This document shows positions 31,551-41,023 of a DNA stretch of 64,000 nucleotides, piece by piece (the stretch's first letter is position 1; each line of letters opens with the position of its first letter). Source of the stretch: Bacilli bacterium. GTDB taxonomy: Bacteria; Bacillota_I; Bacilli_A; RF39; UBA660. The stretch lies in NCBI GenBank assembly GCA_028691955.1, contig JAQUYH010000002.1:13012-77011 (forward strand), in the 5' to 3' direction. A model generated the notes under the pieces. That model saw only the letters and a program-made list of their open reading frames with translations, searched no databases and was not told the DNA's origin. The position numbers were made by a program, and so were the translations under genes.

Positions 31551-32429
31551 CTAAATAAAGAGATTCAAAAACTCTATCAAAAGACCTACAATAACACCTG
31601 ATAAATAAACAATAGATATAATTGTTAAATTGTCTTTCATATTTTTATTAACTCTAAATAAAATCATTAAAGCAACGCCACTTCCAGTTAAAAGGCCAGC
31701 CATCGCACTTCCAAAAGTAATAGCTCCATTAATGTACAATTCTGTTATAACAACAGACGCCGCACAGTTAGGAATAAGACCAATTAAGCTTGATATAAAA
31801 GGCCCAAGTAAACTTCCTCTTAAAAAGATATCAGCTATTTTATCTTCACCCAAATAATAAATAACAGTATTTAAAACAAAAGAAACTAATACAATAAATC
31901 CCAAAATATTAAAAGTATGCTTCAAACTAGATAAAAATATATTATTATCTTCATCACAATGACAGTGCTCGGAAGCACAAAACTCTTCAACATTACTCTT
32001 TAAAGATTTTCTTTTTCTAAAAATAAAATCAACAATAAAGCCAATTACAATACCTACTATAACTTTTAAAACAATTATATTAAATATAACACTGCCACTA
32101 GCTCCACTAGTAAGTAGTATTGGTAACATCTCATCCGATGTAGATAAATAAACAGAAACTAAAGTACCAATTGAAATAATTCTTGCTGCATATAAATTAG
32201 TAGAAGCTGCTGAAAAACCGCATTGTGGGAAAGCCCCTAGCACACCACCTATTACTGGCCCTAGTTTTCCTGATTTTTGAATTAAACTTTTACTTTTATT
32301 ACTAAGTTTATGTTCAAAATATTCCATAACAAAAAACGCAAAAAATAAAAAAGGTAATATTTTAATTCCATCTATTAAAGTATCATAAATAACATCTACC
32401 ATAAAAACTCCTCCACAGTATTTTAACAT
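31551..32429 (-). CDS. polytopic membrane protein of unknown function
   Basis: 292 aa, about 8 TM helices, internal Cys cluster (CASEHCHCDED) in a cytoplasmic loop. No confident family assignment. Confidence 0.4.
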   Translation of the reverse strand: MLKYCGGVFMVDVIYDTLIDGIKILPFLFFAFFVMEYFEHKLSNKSKSLIQKSGKLGPVIGGVLGAFPQCGFSAASTNLYAARIISIGTLVSVYLSTSDEMLPILLTSGASGSVIFNIIVLKVIVGIVIGFIVDFIFRKRKSLKSNVEEFCASEHCHCDEDNNIFLSSLKHTFNILGFIVLVSFVLNTVIYYLGEDKIADIFLRGSLLGPFISSLIGLIPNCAASVVITELYINGAITFGSAMAGLLTGSGVALMILFRVNKNMKDNLTIISIVYLSGVIVGLLIEFLNLFI

Positions 32430-32449
32430 AAAAAAACTAGATAAACTAG

Positions 32450-32779
32450 TTATTTAACAAATTCTTTTAATTCATCCAATCGCATAAAACCAATAGCTTG
32501 CTTATCAACTTTTCCGTCCTTAAATAATATAACAGTTGGAATAGAGGTTACATTATATTCATAAGCAATAGGCTCCTTATCAACATCAACCTTTAATATA
32601 GTTATATCAGTATCTTTTTCCAAATTTTCTAAAACTGGTCCTAACATTTTACAAGGTCCGCACCAATCAGCATAAAAATCTACTAAAACCTTACTATTTT
32701 TTTTAATCTCTTCATTAAATTCACTTGTATTAACATGTTTTATCATATAAATTCCTCCTTCATGATTAAATTTTAACAC
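32450..32779 (-). CDS. trxA: thioredoxin
   Basis: 109 aa. WCGPCK active site. Confidence 0.9.
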   Translation of the reverse strand: MLKFNHEGGIYMIKHVNTSEFNEEIKKNSKVLVDFYADWCGPCKMLGPVLENLEKDTDITILKVDVDKEPIAYEYNVTSIPTVILFKDGKVDKQAIGFMRLDELKEFVK

Positions 32780-32797
32780 TTTAAAATAAAATTTTCA

Positions 32798-32824
32798 GTG
32801 ACTTTGTCACAAACATGATATAAT
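32798..32824 (+). promoter_or_regulatory. perfect 13-bp palindrome GTGACTTTGTCAC (CRP/FNR-type half-sites GTGA / TCAC) 8 nt upstream of an extended -10 TGaTATAAT, in front of the crp/fnr-family gene
   Basis: Read directly from the sequence: ...tttcaGTGACTTTGTCACaaacaTGaTATAATattaattGGTGAGGttATG. Confidence 0.4.
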
Positions 32825-32840
32825 ATTAATTGGTGAGGTT

Positions 32841-33485
32841 ATGGATATAGAAAATATAATTAAAGTGTGGGAAAAAATAGATTTAAAACATCAAAATATG
32901 ATAAAAAAAGCTTTAACAATAAAAATATATAAAGCAAATGATATTATATATCAAAGTGGATTTGAATGTTTAGGACTTACCATTATAAAAAAAGGCACTT
33001 TAAGAGCTTATATGAATTCATATAACGGAAAAGAAATAACTTTATACAAACTATCTGATAATGATATATGTTTGTTTTCAAATAGTTGCTCAATAAAAGA
33101 TTTAACTCTAAATATTAATATCATGACTATTACAGATACCGAAGTATATATTATTCCAACTAACATTTACAATATTTTAATGGGTGAATCAAATGAATTT
33201 GCTAACTACATAAATAACATTTTAACCAATAGATTTAAAGAAGCAATGTGGACATTTGAACAAACCATTTTTTATAATTTAGAATCTAGAATAGCAACCT
33301 ACCTATTAGAACAAAATAAAAATGTAATTAATATTACTCATGAAAAAATAGCTAACGAATTAGGAAGCTCCAGAGAAGTAATAAGTAGAATACTTAAAAA
33401 AATGGAAACAAACAACATAATCAAATTAGATAGAAATAATATAACAATATTAAATAAAAATAAATTACAAGATCTAATACAATAA
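32841..33485 (+). CDS. Crp/Fnr family transcriptional regulator
   Basis: 214 aa. N-terminal cNMP-binding-like beta-roll and a C-terminal HTH (IANELGSSREVISRILKKME). Confidence 0.85.
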   Translation: MDIENIIKVWEKIDLKHQNMIKKALTIKIYKANDIIYQSGFECLGLTIIKKGTLRAYMNSYNGKEITLYKLSDNDICLFSNSCSIKDLTLNINIMTITDTEVYIIPTNIYNILMGESNEFANYINNILTNRFKEAMWTFEQTIFYNLESRIATYLLEQNKNVINITHEKIANELGSSREVISRILKKMETNNIIKLDRNNITILNKNKLQDLIQ

Positions 33486-33490
33486 AAAAA

Positions 33491-33526
33491 GAATAAGAAA
33501 TTAAGCCTTCTTATTCTTTTTTCTAT
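33491..33526. terminator. bidirectional intrinsic terminator (perfect 10-bp stem AGAATAAGAA / TTCTTATTCT, T/A runs on both sides)
   Basis: aaaaaaAGAATAAGAAattaagccTTCTTATTCTtttttc, between the convergent crp and membrane-protein genes. Confidence 0.6.
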
Positions 33527-33680
33527 TTGCGTATTGTTTACTAACTAGTTTAACTTTTTTCCCTATCTTTGTTATAAATTTCTTTTTTACTCCCTCAGGT
33601 AAATTAGCCTTTACTACTTTCATACACTCACCTCCGCGCTACAAAACATTATAACACTTTTTCTTTAATTAAAACAATAA

Positions 33681-34370
33681 TTATTTTATTAATTTAACTA
33701 CATATTTATTTAAATAATACATTGCAGTTATTAAAGCGATTAATAATAGATAAATGAAAAACAAATAATAAAATTGACCATATTGATAAAAATAATCAAG
33801 CACTAAATTATTTGGTGATTTTAATAAGTACATAAAGTTTGAATTAGTCAAATAATCAAATATATAAACAATAACAATTCCAACAAAAGAAACTACATAA
33901 TATATAAATAAATCCTTTTTAGTTATATAAAATTTATAATTAATTAACAAATAAATTGTACCCATAATAAGCATAGTATGACTCATTATAAAAAACATTG
34001 CTCTAAGTAACCCTGGATACATATGAGTAGAACCTGGCATTAATATTACAGATAAAGCAGTAGGAATTCCTATTAAAAAATTAAAAACAAATAAATTCCT
34101 GTTTGGTTTAAATAAACAAATAATTAATAAAATCAAATTAATATGACAAACGTGCAAAGAAACAAGATCTAATATATTAAAGTCACCAATATACATATCA
34201 AAAATATATCTTACACTTCTAATTACAATGATAGAAATTACTAAATAAATACTAACTTTTTTCACATTTTTACTTTTTAAAGATAAAGCAATGAAAAATA
34301 AACCAATAGATATAGCAATCAAAATTGATAAAATATGATAAAATCCAAATTGTTCAAAATTATCAATCAT
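33681..34370 (-). CDS. integral membrane protein (YwaF/TIGR02206-like, unknown function)
   Basis: 229 aa, about 7 TM helices, very hydrophobic. Confidence 0.4.
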   Translation of the reverse strand: MIDNFEQFGFYHILSILIAISIGLFFIALSLKSKNVKKVSIYLVISIIVIRSVRYIFDMYIGDFNILDLVSLHVCHINLILLIICLFKPNRNLFVFNFLIGIPTALSVILMPGSTHMYPGLLRAMFFIMSHTMLIMGTIYLLINYKFYITKKDLFIYYVVSFVGIVIVYIFDYLTNSNFMYLLKSPNNLVLDYFYQYGQFYYLFFIYLLLIALITAMYYLNKYVVKLIK

Positions 34371-34371
34371 A

Positions 34372-35139
34372 CTATTTTTCTATTCTTGTTAAAGAAGTAG
34401 GCACACTACCAACAAATACTACTTTACCCTCTTCTACTTTAATACTGTCAAAAGAAGAACCTGTTTTCTCATTATATGTTGCCATCATATTATTAAGTCC
34501 ATCAGCAACTGTGCTTATAGCCTCATCACTATTAATATAATCACTTGAGACAGGAATACCCTGTACTGTAGCACTATCTATTGAAGCAGTCACTTTATTA
34601 TTAATAACAGAACCACTAAATTTAATATATAAATTTAAATTATCAGGAACAAGACCTAAAGCTGGTATTTCTTTTTCAATATCACTTCTTGTAACTTCAC
34701 CATTTAATAACTCTCTTAAAAAATAATCTACATTAACAGACGCTACAGCTTCAACTGTATTATCATTATTTATTCTTATTTGAACATTTTTAACCGCATA
34801 ATATCTTGGCCTATCTTCATTAAAGAAAGCCGTAATTTCTTCACTTGTAAACTCTACATTTACTTTACTAGTTGCTCCATATACATAAGTATAATCATCA
34901 ATACTTTCTCCGGTTGGAACTGCATCTTTAATATAATTTAGCTTATTTAAAATACTCACATAATCGGCCTCACTATACTTAATACCCAAACTTCTAGTCC
35001 AAATAAGACCTGGAAAGATAAAACCTAATGAAACAATAATTAAACCAATAACTAATAAAAATATCACTATCCCTTTTAAAAATTTATGTTTCATTTTTGG
35101 CTTTTCTACAACCTTTACCTCTTCTACAATCTCTTCCAT
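34372..35139 (-). CDS. N-terminally anchored extracytoplasmic protein of unknown function
   Basis: 255 aa. Single TM (FLKGIVIFLLVIGLIIVSLGFIF) then a soluble domain. Start lies 2 nt from the downstream gene. Confidence 0.4.
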   Translation of the reverse strand: MEEIVEEVKVVEKPKMKHKFLKGIVIFLLVIGLIIVSLGFIFPGLIWTRSLGIKYSEADYVSILNKLNYIKDAVPTGESIDDYTYVYGATSKVNVEFTSEEITAFFNEDRPRYYAVKNVQIRINNDNTVEAVASVNVDYFLRELLNGEVTRSDIEKEIPALGLVPDNLNLYIKFSGSVINNKVTASIDSATVQGIPVSSDYINSDEAISTVADGLNNMMATYNEKTGSSFDSIKVEEGKVVFVGSVPTSLTRIEK

Positions 35140-35186
35140 ATAATCCTCCTAACCATATTATATAAATAATATTCTCATTTAGCAAA

Positions 35187-35894
35187 TTACTTAACTCTAT
35201 AACTCAAAAGCATATCTTTATCACTATCAGATACTCTATAACTATCCCTGCATTTACTTATCCCTTTATTAATTGTAAATTTATTCAAATTATGATTTTT
35301 TAAAAAAATTAAAGTTTCATCTCTTCTTTTGATAAATATTTCACACAATAGCCAGGCATTCATCATATTAACATAGTAATCTTCTTCATATTTAAACTCA
35401 TTCATAATATCAAATATTTTTTCAATATAATTATCATTATCTATAAATTCAAATAAAATAAATAAACCAATTCTTCTAACAAATGGTCTCTCATCCTTAA
35501 CATATTCTAAAGATAAATTATAAAATTCTTTTTCATTGTGCTTAACATCAAACGATAACAAGTCCGTTAAAGCCCAACTATCAATCATATTTACATAAAT
35601 TGATAAATATTTTACTTTCAAATCAAAATCTTTTATTTTATTGATTATAAATCCATAAATAGCAACCTCTTCATAACAACTATTTTTATTTAATTTTAGA
35701 AAAGATTCATAATTTCCTTTAAATACTAAACTTGCTATTTTTTTTAAATCTGGAGAAGATAAAGCTAAAACCATTTTATTTGTATTAAGAATTCTTTTTG
35801 TCCAGTCAATTTTATCAACATTACTTAAAGATTTTAAATAAAGAATAAAATCTTCATAACTTTCTTCATCCCAAAACTCTTTTTTTAAATCCAT
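35187..35894 (-). CDS. DNA alkylation repair protein (AlkD/AlkC HEAT-like repeat family)
   Basis: 235 aa all-helical protein. WTKRILNT...MVLALSSPDLKKIA and the overall pattern resemble the AlkD family. Confidence 0.55.
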   Translation of the reverse strand: MDLKKEFWDEESYEDFILYLKSLSNVDKIDWTKRILNTNKMVLALSSPDLKKIASLVFKGNYESFLKLNKNSCYEEVAIYGFIINKIKDFDLKVKYLSIYVNMIDSWALTDLLSFDVKHNEKEFYNLSLEYVKDERPFVRRIGLFILFEFIDNDNYIEKIFDIMNEFKYEEDYYVNMMNAWLLCEIFIKRRDETLIFLKNHNLNKFTINKGISKCRDSYRVSDSDKDMLLSYRVK

Positions 35895-35955
35895 TTATAT
35901 CACCTCTCTTATTATAACAAAAAAACTTAACATTTAAATATTAAGTTTATAATTT

Positions 35956-36828
35956 TTATTCATGGTAATATACATCTACACCTTTAGATATTAAAGCACT
36001 TATTTGTATTCTACTAGCTATTTTAGCATCCAAATTTTCATATATACGTAACTCTTGTAAATTTTCAAATCCCATTATAGCCGATAGATCAGAAACATGG
36101 TTATAAGATAAAACTAAAGTTTCTAAATTTGTATCAGAGCTTAATGAGGAAATATCAGTTACCTGATTACTCTGCAAATTCAAACTTGTTAATTTAATTT
36201 TACTTGCTAAACTACTTATATCTGAAATACTATTATCATTTAAAGATAAAGACTCTAATTCATTTAGATTTTTTAAAACTAAAATATCAGTTACTCCACA
36301 TCTAGATAAAGTCAAATGAGTAAGATCTTCAAAATTTTTAACAAAATCAATTCCTTCAATATCATCTTGAATAAAAGTAAGAGTTCTTAAACTAGGCAAA
36401 CTATTTAAAGTTATTTTATCCTCAATAGATCCATAACTTATAGCTATATAGCTTAGTTCAGGCAACCCATTTAAAGGATTAATTGATTTAAGATTATTAT
36501 ATAATATAGAAATACTAGATAAATTTTTAGCATACTCCAGTCCTGTTAAATCACTTATTTCCCCATACTCATTATTTTTATTAATATTTAATGAATGAAC
36601 CTCAAGCATGTCTGAAGCTAGAATATCACCAGTTGCCTTATCAAGTTTTTCCCTTATCATAGCCTCTAAATTAACATCCTTAAAAACTACTACTTCATCT
36701 AAGTTTTCATTTTCTTCTACAGTTTGACTATCTCCCATATCATTTTCAGTAATAACCTCATCACCACATCCAGTTAAAAAAAATACAACAAAAAATAGTA
36801 GAACAAATTCTTTCCAAAATTTCTTCAA
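35956..36828 (-). CDS. leucine-rich-repeat lipoprotein (internalin-like LRR surface protein)
   Basis: 290 aa. Lipobox FFLTGC, then about 8 tandem 22-residue LRRs (LxxLxLxxNxIxDIxxLxx). Confidence 0.7.
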   Translation of the reverse strand: MKKFWKEFVLLFFVVFFLTGCGDEVITENDMGDSQTVEENENLDEVVVFKDVNLEAMIREKLDKATGDILASDMLEVHSLNINKNNEYGEISDLTGLEYAKNLSSISILYNNLKSINPLNGLPELSYIAISYGSIEDKITLNSLPSLRTLTFIQDDIEGIDFVKNFEDLTHLTLSRCGVTDILVLKNLNELESLSLNDNSISDISSLASKIKLTSLNLQSNQVTDISSLSSDTNLETLVLSYNHVSDLSAIMGFENLQELRIYENLDAKIASRIQISALISKGVDVYYHE

Positions 36829-36884
36829 AAAACATCACCTCTAAAAATATTATATCAAAAAAAATTCGATATTAAAATATCGAA

Positions 36885-38189
36885 TTATCTAACATTGGCT
36901 TCTACTTCAGTAACTTTACCAGTTAGAAGTGCTGGCTCTGGTTCTGATGCAACAGGCATATTACCTGGCATAGTAACACCAAAAGGATTTGTAGCTGGGT
37001 TATTTACATTTGTATCTAAAGATTCATATTTTCCATTTATTCTACTAACAGCCTCTGTTAAATCTCTAGAAAGTTCAGTATTAACCTTTTGTTTTCCTTT
37101 TAATAATTGAAGCTCTTGCGCTAATGATCTATTTTCTTTTTGAACAGCCGCTAATTTCAACAATACATCAGCTTGGCTAGCCTTTATACCAGAAATTTGA
37201 GAATCTAAATTATCTATTCTCTCATTAAAACTAGACGGATCATAAGTAGGAACAACAAGCATATCTTCACCGCTTTTTATGCGTTCTTTATTTTGTGCTA
37301 CAGTATCAGCTACAGTAGCTCTATGCTCTTGCCTACTATCTCTTTTTTCATTTTCAACAGTATTAATTTCTTCTTTTTTAGCACTAATATCTTTACTATA
37401 GTTACTAACTAAGCTTCCATAATTTGATTCTGAAATTGAAAGGTTAGATTGTCTTTCCTCTATTTCAGAAATTCTACTACTAATATCAATTCCTTCATCA
37501 GCTAATTCTTTAAGCTGCTGAATATCTTCACTTAATTGTTGAACATCTTTTACCGCTCTTACATTAAGAACTTCGCCCTGAGTTATTCCCTCTACATTAT
37601 CAAGATTTGGAGTAGTTCCAGTTAATACCCCTCTAACTTTAAGATCTAATTTATTTAATCCTTTAGCTAGACCGTTAAAAAGGCGTACAACATTTGCTTG
37701 TCTATTTAGTGATTTTAAATTTTGAGCCTCTAATTCTTTTTCTAAAGCTCTAATTCTTTCTTCATATTTTGCAGATTTAGAATCTAATCTATCCTTTTTA
37801 TCAGCATAAATTTCAGCGTTTTCAAGGTCTATTTCTGTTTTATCAAAAGATTCCGTAGCAGTATTAAAAGTATTTGCTGCTTCTCTTCTTACACCTTGTT
37901 GTGTGTTCCAATTATTTTGAGCATTAATTACTCTATCCTCTAGCTTTGCACTAAGTCCTTCATTAACTTCATCTTTTCTAGATGCCATACGACCAACCAA
38001 ACTAGCAAATTTGTTAATTAATTCGCCCTTAATTTGACCAGGCTTAAACTTGCCTAAAAAAGAACGACCTTTTTGTTTCTTACTTTCAGCTATTGTCTTC
38101 TTTAACTCTTCTAATTCTGCTTCTTTAGCTACTTTTTGCTCGTCAGTTAAAGCCATTTCTGGATTAAGTGAATCCAATTCACTTTTCAA
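36885..38189 (-). CDS. long coiled-coil protein (possible TelA/YaaN-like). The reading frame continues upstream through a single in-frame TAA to an ATG with a strong SD at 38334-38336
   Basis: 434 aa as listed, predominantly heptad coiled coil. Upstream in the same frame: MPQSSTTPLVGTRLGTMSAATIALMQKMALSRAESQEKKIQN-TAA(38208-38210)-QTRLDSLKSELDSL... The SD AGGAGGG lies 7 nt before the ATG at 38336. No SD precedes the listed internal start. Confidence 0.55.
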   Translation of the reverse strand: MKSELDSLNPEMALTDEQKVAKEAELEELKKTIAESKKQKGRSFLGKFKPGQIKGELINKFASLVGRMASRKDEVNEGLSAKLEDRVINAQNNWNTQQGVRREAANTFNTATESFDKTEIDLENAEIYADKKDRLDSKSAKYEERIRALEKELEAQNLKSLNRQANVVRLFNGLAKGLNKLDLKVRGVLTGTTPNLDNVEGITQGEVLNVRAVKDVQQLSEDIQQLKELADEGIDISSRISEIEERQSNLSISESNYGSLVSNYSKDISAKKEEINTVENEKRDSRQEHRATVADTVAQNKERIKSGEDMLVVPTYDPSSFNERIDNLDSQISGIKASQADVLLKLAAVQKENRSLAQELQLLKGKQKVNTELSRDLTEAVSRINGKYESLDTNVNNPATNPFGVTMPGNMPVASEPEPALLTGKVTEVEANVR

Positions 38190-38337
38190 AGAATCTAATC
38201 TTGTTTGTTAATTTTGTATCTTTTTTTCTTGTGATTCAGCCCTACTTAAAGCCATTTTTTGCATAAGTGCTATAGTGGCAGCACTCATAGTACCTAAACG
38301 TGTCCCTACTAGTGGAGTAGTTGAACTTTGTGGCATA

Positions 38338-38610
38338 TTATTCCCCCTCCTTTGATAATCCATTCAAACTATTAAACATTTCATTAACAAATTCTAAATC
38401 TTTTGCGTCAACGATTTGTTCAAACATAACACTACCATTTACTTCTTTTCTAATTGCCGAAAAAATTTCAGCACTATCTGTTCCTATTTGATCTTCATAT
38501 GCATAAAAAACAAACTCTTTACCATTCTCTTCATTTCCAAATTCAGATAAAATAACACATCTTTTTTCTGTTCCATCTGAAAGCTTCATTTTAAAAACCT
38601 TACTATTCAT
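38338..38610 (-). CDS. DUF1292 / UPF0473 family small acidic protein (YrzB-like)
   Basis: 90 aa. DGTEKRCVILSEFGNEENGKEFVFY pattern typical of DUF1292. Its stop lies 1 nt before the ATG of the downstream coiled-coil gene. Confidence 0.65.
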   Translation of the reverse strand: MNSKVFKMKLSDGTEKRCVILSEFGNEENGKEFVFYAYEDQIGTDSAEIFSAIRKEVNGSVMFEQIVDAKDLEFVNEMFNSLNGLSKEGE

Positions 38611-38680
38611 AAAATCCCTCTTTCTTTTATCACAATTTTACCCTTTTTCCAATAATTTGTCAATTTAAAAAGCAAATATA

Positions 38681-39127
38681 TTATTTTGTATTTACATATA
38701 TTAAATTCTTTTTTATCGCATATGGAACAACTTCATTTTTTAAAGTATTAGATAACAAATTGTAATCATCATCAATTCCAAACCACATAAAAGATTGAAT
38801 TTCATCTGAAGTAAGCAATTCACCTTTTATATCATCATTATATTTAAAAACATGCATATGAATTTTCAAATTAGGATCACTTGTTGCTATTTCTATAAAA
38901 TCCATTACAAATACAAACTTATTTAAATCTAAAATAACATTATTTCCTAATTCTTCAACACATTCTCTATAAGCCGCATCTTTAATACTTTCCCCAACTT
39001 CTACTTTTCCACCAATCATTTGAAAGGTTGATCTTTTTCTTGGCTTATCAATCAACAACTTTCCTTCCCTAAAAAACATAGTTCCTACAACATCCATTAT
39101 TTTCTTTTCCATAAAAACCTCATTCAA
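38681..39127 (-). CDS. NUDIX hydrolase
   Basis: 148 aa. Nudix box GGKVEVGESIKDAAYRECVEELG. Confidence 0.85.
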   Translation of the reverse strand: MNEVFMEKKIMDVVGTMFFREGKLLIDKPRKRSTFQMIGGKVEVGESIKDAAYRECVEELGNNVILDLNKFVFVMDFIEIATSDPNLKIHMHVFKYNDDIKGELLTSDEIQSFMWFGIDDDYNLLSNTLKNEVVPYAIKKNLIYVNTK

Positions 39128-39139
39128 TATTTTCTAAAA

Positions 39140-39814
39140 TTATTTATAATCTCCATTCCATTCTTTAATAAAAACGTCAACATAATTTTTCATAAAATCA
39201 ATTTTATCACTAGCTAGTATTTTTGCTGTCTTAGTGTTCATATTATCACCTAGTTTAAATAATTTATGATAAAAATGATGTATTGTAGAAGCCTCTATAT
39301 CAGAATCTTCAGAATAACTATCATCGGTTATTAAAGGGATGTTGGGGTTATACATGTTCACTCCGTGTGCTCCTCCATAGTTAAATGTCCTTGCAATACC
39401 AATAGCTCCAATAGCATCTAAATTATCAGCGTCTTGCAATATTAAAGTTTCAATGTCTTCCACCTGTTTTACATTCTTATCCCAATTATAAACCTCGTGA
39501 TATTCAATAGCATGCATAACCAAAGAAAGTTTATCTTTAGGAAAATCAACACTATTTAATATTTCTTCTATTTTTGATAAAGACTCTTTAGGTGTACAAT
39601 ATCTACCCTTTTCATTTTGCATAATTCTATGAATATCATGTAGAAAAGTAGCTACTCCTATAACTAATTCATCTCCACCTTCATATCTTTGAATAAATAA
39701 AGCATTCTTCATAGTTCTTTCTAAATGACTAATATCATGACCAGAAGACTCTTCTTCAAATATTTCTTCCACTATTGGCCTTAATAATTCAATATAATTA
39801 TCTAATATTTTCAT
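39140..39814 (-). CDS. HD-domain phosphohydrolase
   Basis: 224 aa. H...HD...H...D motifs (GHDISHLERT, TFLHDIHR, LQDADNLD). Confidence 0.7.
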   Translation of the reverse strand: MKILDNYIELLRPIVEEIFEEESSGHDISHLERTMKNALFIQRYEGGDELVIGVATFLHDIHRIMQNEKGRYCTPKESLSKIEEILNSVDFPKDKLSLVMHAIEYHEVYNWDKNVKQVEDIETLILQDADNLDAIGAIGIARTFNYGGAHGVNMYNPNIPLITDDSYSEDSDIEASTIHHFYHKLFKLGDNMNTKTAKILASDKIDFMKNYVDVFIKEWNGDYK

Positions 39815-39824
39815 AAACTCACCT

Positions 39825-40367
39825 CTATAAAAATTTTTCTAATTCACAAATATCATCAATTCTTACAGAATTGCACTGTTTAAGTACATCATCATTATAC
39901 TGTTTATTATGATAACTTGTAACCAAGAAATTTTGCCTACCAATCATATCTGAAAGACTATCGCCAACAGCATAATCAAAATCAAAAATTTTTTTGTCAC
40001 CTACAAATAAAAACTTTGAATAACCCAAGAAGCCAAAATTTTTTCTTAAAAATTCAAACTTTCTTTTTAAAAAAACGGATGAACTTTCTTCTAGACCCGG
40101 AAAGAAATAAGTACTGGCAATATAAACATCATAATCTTCACTTAATTTGTGTAATAAATCAATTGTCCCTTCCTTTATAAAGCCAAAATCATATAAATTT
40201 TTGTCAATTAAATATTTATCAAAAAGTGGATCGTTAATAAATTGATTAATATATCTACCATCACTAATCTCATCTAAATTAATTTCTTTCTTTAAAAACT
40301 CTTCTGCAATACCTTTCATAGCTTCAACTAATAATGTATCGTCTAAATCAAATACTATTCTTTTCAT
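39825..40367 (-). CDS. HAD-superfamily hydrolase (5'(3')-deoxyribonucleotidase-like)
   Basis: 180 aa. N-terminal DLDDTLL motif I and C-terminal GD..SD motif. Confidence 0.6.
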   Translation of the reverse strand: MKRIVFDLDDTLLVEAMKGIAEEFLKKEINLDEISDGRYINQFINDPLFDKYLIDKNLYDFGFIKEGTIDLLHKLSEDYDVYIASTYFFPGLEESSSVFLKRKFEFLRKNFGFLGYSKFLFVGDKKIFDFDYAVGDSLSDMIGRQNFLVTSYHNKQYNDDVLKQCNSVRIDDICELEKFL

Positions 40368-40454
40368 ATATTACCTCTAACAGCATTATAACATACTTAA
40401 AATTGATATTTTTATATAAACGTGCTAAAATACTAGTAATTAAGGAGGAATTAT

Positions 40455-40994
40455 ATGACATTACAAGAAATACAGTTTTTACAAAAAATAACTGGAGTTA
40501 AAGGATATGTTGATGGTATGAAAGCTGTTGAGCCAGGATACTTTTATGACAATATTGGAGAATTTGCTCAACTAAAAGCAGAACAAGCAAGATTAGGTGC
40601 CAATAGTCGTCAAGTAGAAGAAATATTACTTTATTTAGGTGATGATATCATAACACGTAAAAAAAGAGAGCAAGAACTTTCACCAGAAGAAATTGCATTT
40701 TATAAAAAAATTGTTGGTATCAATTCATACATAAGAGAAACAAAAACAAATAATCCGAATTGGATTTTTGATAATATGGGTGAAGTAGAAATTCTACTAG
40801 GTGAATTAACTAAGTTAAATACACAAGATCCATATATACTTGCAATTATGCATACAATTACAACTGAAATATTAAAAAAAATTACCCAACTATTAGGACC
40901 AGAAGAATCTATTCAATCAGTAGCCGAGTATCAAGCTAGGTTAACACAATTAGGAATAAAGCCACTCCAACAAAAAGATAAATCTAAAAAATAA
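40455..40994 (+). CDS. hypothetical protein with an internal two-fold sequence repeat
   Basis: 179 aa. Residues ~8-40 (KITGVKGYVDG...YFYDNIGEFAQL) and ~84-116 (KIVGINSYIRE...WIFDNMGEVEIL) are clearly homologous. SD AAGGAGG is 7 nt upstream of the ATG. Confidence 0.5.
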   Translation: MTLQEIQFLQKITGVKGYVDGMKAVEPGYFYDNIGEFAQLKAEQARLGANSRQVEEILLYLGDDIITRKKREQELSPEEIAFYKKIVGINSYIRETKTNNPNWIFDNMGEVEILLGELTKLNTQDPYILAIMHTITTEILKKITQLLGPEESIQSVAEYQARLTQLGIKPLQQKDKSKK

Positions 40995-41023
40995 TACTTA
41001 AAAGTATTATTTTTTTATAATCA

